The notes beneath the pieces were generated by a model, which saw only the letters and a program-made list of their open reading frames with translations, was not told the DNA's origin and did no database searches. The position numbers and the translations under genes were made by a program. DNA of 64,000 bases from contig JAZUCF010000012.1 of the NCBI GenBank assembly GCA_045638945.1, positions 74,086 to 138,085 on the forward strand. The letters run 5' to 3'. Within the stretch, counting starts at the first letter, position 1. Every line of letters begins with the position of its first letter. Below, in pieces: positions 39,745 through 47,198 of the stretch. The stretch comes from Clostridia bacterium (GTDB lineage: Bacteria > Bacillota > Clostridia > UMGS1883).

Positions 39745-40551
39745 TTATTTTATAAATATAGGATAATAACACAAAATGTAATAAACAACGGGAGCCACGA
39801 ATAACAGGCTGTCGAATCTGTCCATTACACCGCCGTGTCCCGGCATTATATTTCCAAAATCTTTTATGTTGTTTTCTCTTTTTATGATTGACGCACATAA
39901 ATCACCGCATTGTGATAAAAACCCGCATATAATACCGATTAATGCCGCGGAAATTAAATTTACGCCTAATCCCATTATATTTGAAGCTATCGCCGCATAT
40001 GCAGTCATAATGGCACTAACGCCTACAATGCCACCGATTGAGCCTTCTATAGTTTTCTTGGGGCTGATTTCAGGTGCAAGCTTGTGCTTTCCGAAAAAGA
40101 AGCCTGCGAAATAGGCACAACTATCCGTAATCCAGCAGCCTAACAAAATAACAAGCACATCAAGATTCTCAAAACCAAGCCTTCTTGTCATCGTCACGTG
40201 AAGAAAACAAAGCGGGATAATTACAATTACCGTAATAAACTTTGCGGCAACATCAAAAGTACACTCGTTGTGATTAAACAGCGTGCAGAGCATGAAAATT
40301 GAAGCAAATACAAAAAGCACAGGCATATACAGTTCTGTCTTTTGATATGAAAGCACCGTTAAAACTGTAGGAAATAAAAGCGAAACTGCCATCATTCCTT
40401 TGAACCGCTTAAGTCCGAGTGCATTAAGAACTTCAAACACGGCAACTGTCGAAATCAAGGTAACTGCAACATCAAAAACATATTGGTTGCCCAACAGGAC
40501 AAGCACAAGTACTATTACGCCCACAAAAGCACTGATTATTCTTTGTTTCAT
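39745..40551 (-). CDS. cdsA: phosphatidate cytidylyltransferase
   Basis: 268 aa polytopic protein. C-terminal signature KRENNIKDFGNIMPGHGGVMDRFDS. Confidence 0.9.
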   Translation of the reverse strand: MKQRIISAFVGVIVLVLVLLGNQYVFDVAVTLISTVAVFEVLNALGLKRFKGMMAVSLLFPTVLTVLSYQKTELYMPVLFVFASIFMLCTLFNHNECTFDVAAKFITVIVIIPLCFLHVTMTRRLGFENLDVLVILLGCWITDSCAYFAGFFFGKHKLAPEISPKKTIEGSIGGIVGVSAIMTAYAAIASNIMGLGVNLISAALIGIICGFLSQCGDLCASIIKRENNIKDFGNIMPGHGGVMDRFDSLLFVAPVVYYILCYYPIFIK

Positions 40552-40577
40552 AAATTACATATCCTTTCAGGAGTAAA

Positions 40578-41336
40578 TTATACTCCTCCAAATCTTCTGT
40601 TTCTCTTTTGGTAATCGGAAATTGCTCTGAGCAAATCATCCTTTGAGAAGTCGGGCCATAAGCAGTTTGAAAACCAAAGCTCACTATATGCTCCCTGCCA
40701 CATTAAAAAGTTGCTTAGTCTGAATTCCCCGCTTGGCCTTATAATAAGGTCAGGGTCAGGCGTTCCGCTCGTATAAAGATGGTTTGAAATGGTTTCTTCA
40801 TTAATATCGGAAACGGACAGCTTTCCGTCTTTAACCTCAGATGCAATCTCTCTTACCGCTGATGTAATTTCATTACGCGAGCCATAATTTAGTGCAACAT
40901 TAATTAAAAGACCACTGTTTTCTTTAGTGGTCTTTTCAACATGACAAATTTTCTTTTGAAATTCTGCTGAAAAGACACTTATATCTCCGATGAACTTAAT
41001 AGCAGTATTTTTTCCTGCTAATTTTGCCAAGCCATTATCGAGATAGTCTTCAAGAAGGTTCATTAATGCATCTACTTCATCCTTTGGTCTTTGCCAGTTT
41101 TCTGTAGAAAAGGCATACACCGTAACTATCTTTATTCCGATATTTCCTGCATCTTCAACAATTCTCTCAAAAGTTTTTGCCCCTGCGGCATGACCGGCAG
41201 AACGAGGAAGGCCGCGTTTTTTTGCCCAGCGGCCGTTTCCGTCCATGATTATTCCGATATGCTGAGGTAAATTTTCAAAGTCCACATTATGCTCATTTTT
41301 TCTGAATTTTAATTTGAAATTTTTAAGCATAATCAT
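40578..41336 (-). CDS. uppS: di-trans,poly-cis-undecaprenyl diphosphate synthase
   Basis: HIGIIMDGNGRWA and RPSGEFRLSNFLMWQ motifs. Confidence 0.92.
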   Translation of the reverse strand: MIMLKNFKLKFRKNEHNVDFENLPQHIGIIMDGNGRWAKKRGLPRSAGHAAGAKTFERIVEDAGNIGIKIVTVYAFSTENWQRPKDEVDALMNLLEDYLDNGLAKLAGKNTAIKFIGDISVFSAEFQKKICHVEKTTKENSGLLINVALNYGSRNEITSAVREIASEVKDGKLSVSDINEETISNHLYTSGTPDPDLIIRPSGEFRLSNFLMWQGAYSELWFSNCLWPDFSKDDLLRAISDYQKRNRRFGGV

Positions 41337-41887
41337 ATTTCCATAATTTCTTTATTCTTCTTATCTGCTATGTTGTCAATTTCCTTAATCTGAGCGTCAA
41401 TAATATCCTGAATGTCCTTTTCGATGCCCTTAAGGTCATCCTCTGTGATTTCACTCTTTTTCTTCATAGCCTTGTATTTTTCAATTTCATCTCGTCTTAT
41501 ACCGCGAACGACAACCTTGCAGTCTTCACTCTTCTTTGCAACAGTTTTTGTAAGTTCTTTTCTGCGGTCCTCTGTAAGCTGAGGGAATGTAAGACGAATT
41601 GTTTTTCCGTCATTCTGGGGATTAATGCCCAGTTCGCTGGCAAGGATGGCTTTTTCAATTTCTTTGATAAGAGTAGCATCCCAAGGCTGAATCATAATTG
41701 TTCTTGCATCGGGAGTTGATACTGCGGCAACCTGTGAAACAGGTGACATTGTTCCGTAATAATCAACGCTGATTTTATTCAGAACAGTGGTGCTTGCTCT
41801 TCCTGCACGGATAGAGCCAAGGTCTTCCACAAAGTAGTTAATTGCTTTTTCAATTTTTGCTGAAAGTTCAGGATAATCGTTTTTCAT
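41333..41887 (-). CDS. frr: ribosome recycling factor
   Basis: 185 aa from MKNDYPELS, with an RBS upstream. The 302-aa ORF in the track is an upstream read-through that overlaps pyrH. Confidence 0.9.
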   Translation of the reverse strand: MKNDYPELSAKIEKAINYFVEDLGSIRAGRASTTVLNKISVDYYGTMSPVSQVAAVSTPDARTIMIQPWDATLIKEIEKAILASELGINPQNDGKTIRLTFPQLTEDRRKELTKTVAKKSEDCKVVVRGIRRDEIEKYKAMKKKSEITEDDLKGIEKDIQDIIDAQIKEIDNIADKKNKEIMEI

Positions 41888-41921
41888 AATAAAATTCCTC
41901 CAATATATAATATAAAAATTA

Positions 41922-42629
41922 TTAAGCGTGAACCAACGTACCGATTTCTTCGCCGAGAAGAACACGTTTGATGTTATCGGGGTTATCAAGACCAAACACA
42001 CGAATCGGCATCTTATTATCCATACACAGGGAAGTCGCGGTAGTATCCATAACTCCCAACCCCTTATTAAGTACATCAATATATGATATGGAATCAAATT
42101 TAACAGCACCGGGGTTCTTTGCAGGATCGCTGTCGTAAACACCGTCAACCTTTTTTGCAAGAAGTATTGCGTCAGCATCAATTTCTGCTGCTCTGAGTGC
42201 CGCGGTGGTATCTGTTGAAAAGAACGGATTACCTGTTCCACATCCGAATATCACAACTCTTCCCTTTTCAAGATGGTGAATTGCTCTGCCACGGACATAT
42301 GTTTCTGCTATCTGCTTCATTTCAATTGCAGTCTGAACACGAGTTTCTATTCCATGACGCTCAAAAGCATCACACAGTGCAAGAGAATTTATAACGGTGG
42401 CAAGCATACCCATGTGGTCTGCACGGGTGCGTTCCATTTTCTCCCCCGTTCTTCCTCTCCAGAAATTTCCGCCTCCTACAACAACGGCTATCTGAACACC
42501 GATTTTTGTACATTCCTTTATTGTAGATGCGATTTCATCAAGAGTTTTTTCGTTAAGTCCAAACCCTTTATCACCCGCAAGAGCTTCACCGCTTAATTTG
42601 ATGAGAACTCTGTTGTATTTTTTCTGCAT
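41922..42629 (-). CDS. pyrH: UMP kinase
   Basis: 235 aa. [14 protein letters not shown] and [10 protein letters not shown] motifs. Confidence 0.93.
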   Translation of the reverse strand: MQKKYNRVLIKLSGEALAGDKGFGLNEKTLDEIASTIKECTKIGVQIAVVVGGGNFWRGRTGEKMERTRADHMGMLATVINSLALCDAFERHGIETRVQTAIEMKQIAETYVRGRAIHHLEKGRVVIFGCGTGNPFFSTDTTAALRAAEIDADAILLAKKVDGVYDSDPAKNPGAVKFDSISYIDVLNKGLGVMDTTATSLCMDNKMPIRVFGLDNPDNIKRVLLGEEIGTLVHA

Positions 42630-42747
42630 AATACCACAGCCTTTCTTAAATATATAAAATCCATCCTATGTATTTTACCACATTTGATTGCAATTTGTAA
42701 ATATCTATAGTATAATAAGTTAAATATTTTTTTGAGGTGAATAAAAA

Positions 42748-43656
42748 ATGAGTGATTTTCCGAGATTATGGAATAATTTAATTGCTTCCGATATGGGACT
42801 TCCCGTTGTTGTTAATTCTGTTCAGAAAATTATGGATGCGAGATATCATCCTGACCATATAAGTATGCATGATGAATTTGAACTCGTATACATGCAGGAA
42901 ATTGACCGCGGCTCGTATTATATTGACAATACAATTGTAAAAGTCCACTCAAACGACCTTATTCTTATAAAGCCTCAAGTTCCTCATTATCTTAAAATAG
43001 AATGCACTCGCCCGTGCAGATTCATTGTATTAAAGTTCAAATTTGAAAAAGGCAATGCCTCCGATTATTCAAATATAAGCGTAAATGATTTTATTTCATT
43101 TATTTCCGATAACAATGACAGCGGCGGTTATTTTATGCTTTCAAACAATAACTGTGACAACATTTCAAACATAATGCAGCAAATAATGCATGAAAGCAAG
43201 ACTCCCGATAATGAAAGTGAGTTTTTGAAAAGCCTTCTTACAATGGAGCTTTTTGTATGGCTCAGCAGAAGCCTGCGTTCGCAGTGGGAAACCAATCTTG
43301 TAACAAAAGGACACAAGCTTAAAGAAATTTTAGAATCGGCAAAATCTTTTATTGACAATAATTACAATACCGATATTTCCCTTACCGACATTGCTTCTTT
43401 TGTATATATATCGACAAGCCATTTTGCACGTGCATTCAAAAAGTATTATAACATCAGTCCCATTCAATACCTTTTAAGTGTACGTATTGAAAAAGCAAAA
43501 ACCTTGCTTGAGGAAACTAATCTTAAAGTCGGGGATATCGCATCATCCGTAGGATTTAGTGCACAACAGCGTTTTAACGATATTTTTAAAAAGCATCTTG
43601 GCGTTTCACCCAGCGAATACAGGCAAAACTACCGTGACAGTATATTGAATAAATGA
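42748..43656 (+). CDS. AraC family transcriptional regulator
   Basis: 302 aa. Cupin-like N-terminus and C-terminal AraC HTH (ISTSHFARAFKK...GFSAQQRFNDIFKK). Confidence 0.85.
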   Translation: MSDFPRLWNNLIASDMGLPVVVNSVQKIMDARYHPDHISMHDEFELVYMQEIDRGSYYIDNTIVKVHSNDLILIKPQVPHYLKIECTRPCRFIVLKFKFEKGNASDYSNISVNDFISFISDNNDSGGYFMLSNNNCDNISNIMQQIMHESKTPDNESEFLKSLLTMELFVWLSRSLRSQWETNLVTKGHKLKEILESAKSFIDNNYNTDISLTDIASFVYISTSHFARAFKKYYNISPIQYLLSVRIEKAKTLLEETNLKVGDIASSVGFSAQQRFNDIFKKHLGVSPSEYRQNYRDSILNK

Positions 43657-43697
43657 TAAATTTCCAGCAATACTAACACAAAAGGAGTTTGGTGTTA

Positions 43698-44051
43698 GTG
43701 GATTATATTAAAGCATTTATCGTAGGCGGTATATTTTGTGCAATCGGACAGATTTTTATTGATAAAACCTCACTTACCCCTGCAAAGCTGCTTACAGGAT
43801 ATGTATGTGCAGGAGTATTTCTTTCATTGATAGGGCTTTACGGAAAGCTTGTTAGCTTTGCAGGTGCGGGGGCTACAGTTCCGCTTACCGGATTTGGCTA
43901 TACCCTTTTTGAGGGAGTAAAAAAAGCCGTTGGAAAGCATGGTTTCCTGGGGGTTTTTACGGGGGGACTTACTGCGACGGCAGGGGGGATTACGGCGGCA
44001 GTGGTATTTGCACTTCTTGCCGCACTTGTATCGAGACCAAAAAGTAAATAA
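43698..44051 (+). CDS. SpoVAC/SpoVAEB family sporulation membrane protein (SpoVAE-like)
   Basis: About 117 aa with four TM helices. Family motifs GAGATVPLTGFG and TGGLTATAGGITAA. Start guessed as the GTG 10 nt after AAAGGAG; the maximal ORF starts at 43689. Confidence 0.75.
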   Translation: MDYIKAFIVGGIFCAIGQIFIDKTSLTPAKLLTGYVCAGVFLSLIGLYGKLVSFAGAGATVPLTGFGYTLFEGVKKAVGKHGFLGVFTGGLTATAGGITAAVVFALLAALVSRPKSK

Positions 44052-44057
44052 TCGAAA

Positions 44058-44094
44058 AAGTGTATGTGAAAAGCCAGCCTTTTTACATACACTT
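44058..44094. terminator. bidirectional terminator between the spoVAE-like and abrB-like genes
   Basis: 16-bp stem AAGTGTATGTGAAAAG / CTTTTTACATACACTT (one G-U pair), flanked by A and T runs. Confidence 0.7.
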
Positions 44095-44110
44095 CTCTTT
44101 TACACAAATA

Positions 44111-44347
44111 CTATTCCAGATTCATAACGTCACGTACTTTTTCTCCGCACTCTCTGCAAATAGGAAATCCCTCAATCATATTTTTAGTGGTGTGACACAT
44201 TGAGCATACTTTATCCACGGGCATAAGAATAATTTTATCCCCCTCTGTGTGAATATATACCTTTGTACTCTTTATGATTCCCATTGTTCTCAGCATAGGT
44301 TTTGGAAACTGAATTCTTCCGTCTGCCGTTATACTAGCTTTAAACAT
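44111..44347 (-). CDS. AbrB/MazE/SpoVT-type DNA-binding domain protein with C-terminal CxxC-x13-CxxC zinc ribbon
   Basis: 78 aa. Swapped-hairpin pattern GRIQFPKPMLRTMGI...VYIHTEGDKIILMP, then CSMC...CREC. Confidence 0.7.
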   Translation of the reverse strand: MFKASITADGRIQFPKPMLRTMGIIKSTKVYIHTEGDKIILMPVDKVCSMCHTTKNMIEGFPICRECGEKVRDVMNLE

Positions 44348-44531
44348 ATTTAGTTATCCTCCTAAACATTTGATACTATATATTGTATTATAATTGCTTA
44401 TTTGACAATTGTCAACTATCTTTTGGAAAAAAATGTAAATTTTCTTTTAATATTGTATATGTTCTTATTTTTTGATAAAAATTAAAATATTCTTTACAAT
44501 ATTTTTTGCTTAAAATATCCATAAAAAGGGA

Positions 44532-44560
44532 TTGACACAACTGTATTTTTGGTTTATAAT
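44532..44560 (+). promoter_or_regulatory. consensus sigma-A promoter of tRNA-Leu
   Basis: TTGACA (44532-44537), exactly 17-nt spacer, TATAAT (44555-44560). The tRNA starts 11 nt downstream. Confidence 0.75.
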
Positions 44561-44570
44561 ATCTATTGTT

Positions 44571-44658
44571 GCTCGAGTGGCGGAACTGGCAGACGCCCGG
44601 GACTTAAAATCCCGTGTCCCTTAAAGACGTACCGGTTCGATCCCGGTCTCGAGCACCA
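44571..44658 (+). tRNA. tRNA-Leu (anticodon TAA), CCA encoded
   Basis: Folded by hand. Acceptor GCTCGAG/CTCGAGC. Anticodon stem CGGGA/TCCCG with loop CTTAAAA. Long variable arm. T-arm ACCGG-TTCGATC-CCGGT. A discriminator plus CCA. Confidence 0.93.
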
Positions 44659-44660
44659 AA

Positions 44661-44696
44661 AAAAGACGGTAGGTTTTCAAAAACCTACCGTCTTTT
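44661..44696. terminator. bidirectional terminator between tRNA-Leu and the rubrerythrin gene
   Basis: 16-bp perfect stem AAAAGACGGTAGGTTT / AAACCTACCGTCTTTT. Confidence 0.8.
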
Positions 44697-44710
44697 ATTT
44701 ATATCTATTT

Positions 44711-45298
44711 TTATTTAAAATATCGGTTTAAAAGACCTTCAAGACCTTTGCCATGACGAGCTTCGTCGCGAGCCATTTCGTGTACAGTGTCATGGATCGC
44801 ATCAAGGCCGTTTTTCTTTGCACAGGAAGCAAGGTCAAACTTACCCTGAGTTGCACCATACTCGCAGTCTACTCTCCACTTAAGATTATCCTTTGTGGTA
44901 GCCTTCATGTTAGGTTCAAGGTCTTCACCGAGAAGCTCTGCAAATTTTGCAGCATGTTCTGCTTCTTCATATGCAGCCTTTTCCCAGTACAAGCCAACTT
45001 CGGGATAACCCTCACGATGTGCAATTCTTGCCATGCAAAGGTACATACCTACTTCTGCACACTCTCCGTTGAAGTTTGCCATAAGCTGTTCAAAGATATA
45101 CTTCTTATCTTCTTCGGAGATATCGGGGTTATTCTTTACGGTTTTTCCATAAACACCGTATTCATGCTCTGCCGCAAGAGCTGCACCCTCCTGCATTTCC
45201 TTGAACTTTTCAGCAGGAACCTTACAAACGGGGCAAGCTGCGGGAGGATTATCTCCCTCGTGAACGTAACCACATACTGAACATACAAATTTTTTCAT
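44711..45298 (-). CDS. rbr: reverse rubrerythrin (N-terminal rubredoxin-like, C-terminal ferritin-like di-iron domain)
   Basis: 195 aa. CSVCGY...CPVC at the N-terminus, then two ExxH-type di-iron helices ([16 protein letters not shown]; [11 protein letters not shown]; [11 protein letters not shown]). Confidence 0.88.
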   Translation of the reverse strand: MKKFVCSVCGYVHEGDNPPAACPVCKVPAEKFKEMQEGAALAAEHEYGVYGKTVKNNPDISEEDKKYIFEQLMANFNGECAEVGMYLCMARIAHREGYPEVGLYWEKAAYEEAEHAAKFAELLGEDLEPNMKATTKDNLKWRVDCEYGATQGKFDLASCAKKNGLDAIHDTVHEMARDEARHGKGLEGLLNRYFK

Positions 45299-45342
45299 AA
45301 TAATTTACCTCTCTTTATATAAAATTTTAAATGAATTACATT

Positions 45343-45705
45343 TTAATTCTGACAAGCTTGGCATATACCGCTAAATGAAATGTCGACCGCATCAATTCTG
45401 AAACCGTTTTCTGTTTTGATTTCAATACTTATACTTTCTTTTGGGATATCAATGATTTTGTTACAAAGACTGCACCTCATATGATAGTGTGGTGAAATAT
45501 CACCGTCAAAATGAGATGAATCACCGTAACGAAGCTCTAAAATCTCCCCCATTTCAGTTAACTGCCTTAAATTCCTGTAAACAGTTCCCAGGGAAATATT
45601 GGGGTATTCCTTACGAAGTTTTTCGTAAAGCCATTGGGCATCGGGATGCGATTTCGTTGAGCAAAGTAGCTCCACAAGTGACTCTCTCTGTCTGCTGTAT
45701 CTCAT
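45343..45705 (-). CDS. Fur family transcriptional regulator (PerR-like by context)
   Basis: 120 aa. Winged helix (LGTVYRNLRQL), His-rich site HFDGDISPHYHMRC, and two CxxC pairs (CSLC, CQAC). Confidence 0.85.
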   Translation of the reverse strand: MRYSRQRESLVELLCSTKSHPDAQWLYEKLRKEYPNISLGTVYRNLRQLTEMGEILELRYGDSSHFDGDISPHYHMRCSLCNKIIDIPKESISIEIKTENGFRIDAVDISFSGICQACQN

Positions 45706-45724
45706 TTCCTCCCCCCTTATTCTT

Positions 45725-45743
45725 AACGATAATGATTATCGTT
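45725..45743. promoter_or_regulatory. Fur/PerR-type box, perfect 9-1-9 palindrome AACGATAAT-G-ATTATCGTT
   Basis: Core GATAATNATTATC equals the 7-1-7 Fur-family box. Lies between the predicted promoter and the RBS of the Fur-family gene. Confidence 0.65.
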
Positions 45744-45756
45744 ATTGTTTGATTAA

Positions 45757-45785
45757 AATATAGCACATATTAAAACAGATGTCAA
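45757..45785 (-). promoter_or_regulatory. putative sigma-A promoter of the Fur-family/rubrerythrin operon
   Basis: On the minus strand: TTGACA, 17-nt spacer ending in TGC, then TATATT. Confidence 0.55.
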
Positions 45786-45811
45786 CAGATTTTTATATTT
45801 TTTCTAAAAAA

Positions 45812-45850
45812 ATAAAGTGAAGCTTCATATCAGATAAAACTTCACTTTAT
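45812..45850 (-). terminator. intrinsic terminator after the cysteine-repeat protein gene
   Basis: ATAAAGTGAAG / CTTCACTTTAT stem followed on the minus strand by TTTTTT. Confidence 0.6.
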
Positions 45851-45857
45851 ACATAAA

Positions 45858-46826
45858 TCAATCGCAGTATTTACAGAATATTTTTCCGCTGTCCACCGGG
45901 GCTTTGCAGGAAGCACAATATTTTCCCGTATTACAACTGGCACAGTAAAAATAACCGTCTTTATCCTTATATGCTGTCAGCGTGTTAATCTGTGCATCAC
46001 AGTAGTAGCACCAGTCTTTCTCCCCTTTTTCGGCACATTTTTCACAATAGCCGTTTGCGAGATTTTCCTCTACATTGCCGCAATCCTTACAAATATGATT
46101 TTTCTTGCAGTCATCACAGTAGTTATCTTTTATTGCTTTATCGAATATTTCACAATCCTTGCAAGTGTAAATCTTTACACACTCCTGACAAAGCCCTTCC
46201 TCAAGCTCTTTGTCAAAATTATTACATTCGGTGCAAACATAGTCCTCCGTACACTCACGGCAATACCCGTCCTTTGTTCCAAAGTCAATTTCACCGCAAT
46301 TTTCGCAGGTGTATTCTTCAGCACAGGAGGTGCATAAGGATTTATTAATCTCAAGGTCGGTCTTTCCGCACTCAGTACAAGTAAAATCATCCATGCAATC
46401 TTTGCAAATTCCGTCTTCTACGCTCTTTTTAATTTCTTCACAACCCTTGCAAGTATATTCTTCTACGCAAGACTCGCAATACTGACCATCAGTATTAAAT
46501 TCACTGTTACAGATTTTACAGTTTTTCCCGAACACATCTGTACAGAAATAAATTATAAGGAACGCCACTAAGCAAGCTAGAACAGCCGATATGGAAATTA
46601 CCAACGCCTTTAAATTAGCTGACTTTTTCTTTTTGCCACGGACAGCAGAAGTTTTCGGAGCTACCGCTCGGTATGTATCATTAAACCTCTCCGTTGAAAC
46701 TCCTCGATTTTCCAAAATCGGTTGCTTCATAGTTTGTGTGAGTTCTAAATTTTCAAGTGGTTTTCCGCATCCTGAACAGAATTTTGCATTCTGTGAATTT
46801 TCATAACCGCAGTAACTGCACTTCAC
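45858..46826 (-). CDS. membrane-anchored protein with N-terminal zinc ribbon and nine tandem CxxC-x10-18-CxxC modules
   Basis: The maximal ORF starts with TTG at 46844. The GTG at 46826 has a better RBS (AAGAAGG). One TM helix follows a KKKK patch. Modules 2-7 repeat with an exact 24-aa period. Confidence 0.7.
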   Translation of the reverse strand: MKCSYCGYENSQNAKFCSGCGKPLENLELTQTMKQPILENRGVSTERFNDTYRAVAPKTSAVRGKKKKSANLKALVISISAVLACLVAFLIIYFCTDVFGKNCKICNSEFNTDGQYCESCVEEYTCKGCEEIKKSVEDGICKDCMDDFTCTECGKTDLEINKSLCTSCAEEYTCENCGEIDFGTKDGYCRECTEDYVCTECNNFDKELEEGLCQECVKIYTCKDCEIFDKAIKDNYCDDCKKNHICKDCGNVEENLANGYCEKCAEKGEKDWCYYCDAQINTLTAYKDKDGYFYCASCNTGKYCASCKAPVDSGKIFCKYCD

Positions 46827-46866
46827 ATTAATACCTTCTTTCAAAATAACATTCCATAAATATTAA

Positions 46867-47034
46867 TCAGTCTTTAAACTCAATATTTTCAAGTGTTGCT
46901 CTGAAATTTTCACGTATTCCTTTTAAATACTCCTGACGAAGCTGTGCCTGTTCCAAAGTTTCCTCCTCGGTCAGTCCGACGGTTTTCTTCTTTTTGGCAA
47001 GCTCGTTTATACGTTCAATTTTACTCTGCTCCAT
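46867..47034 (-). CDS. DUF896/UPF0291 (YnzC-like) small protein
   Basis: 55 aa from MEQSKIERINELAKKKK behind GGAGG. Typical LTEEE..EQ..LR.EYL pattern. Confidence 0.75.
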   Translation of the reverse strand: MEQSKIERINELAKKKKTVGLTEEETLEQAQLRQEYLKGIRENFRATLENIEFKD

Positions 47035-47198
47035 AACATACCTCCGAAATATTATTATGTTCATTATACACTCAAATTCAGCAAAACACAACATTTATGT
47101 GTAAAATTTATTAAAATACACAAGATTTTTGAACTATTTATTGCAAGTTGGGCTAAATTATTATATAATTAACCTAATGGTTTACAGGAGGTAATCTT

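Noticed and set aside
41888-42241. Upstream extension of the frr ORF (302 aa in the track)
   Set aside because: It overlaps the pyrH coding sequence in another frame. The internal ATG at 41887 has an RBS and yields a standard 185-aa ribosome recycling factor.
44753-45280. 175-aa plus-strand ORF
   Set aside because: It is antisense to the well-supported rubrerythrin gene, and its translation has no features of a real protein.
47035-47198. LexA (Cheo) box between the DUF896 gene and addB
   Set aside because: Only isolated GAAC or GTTC half-sites are present. There is no GAAC-N4-GTTC palindrome.
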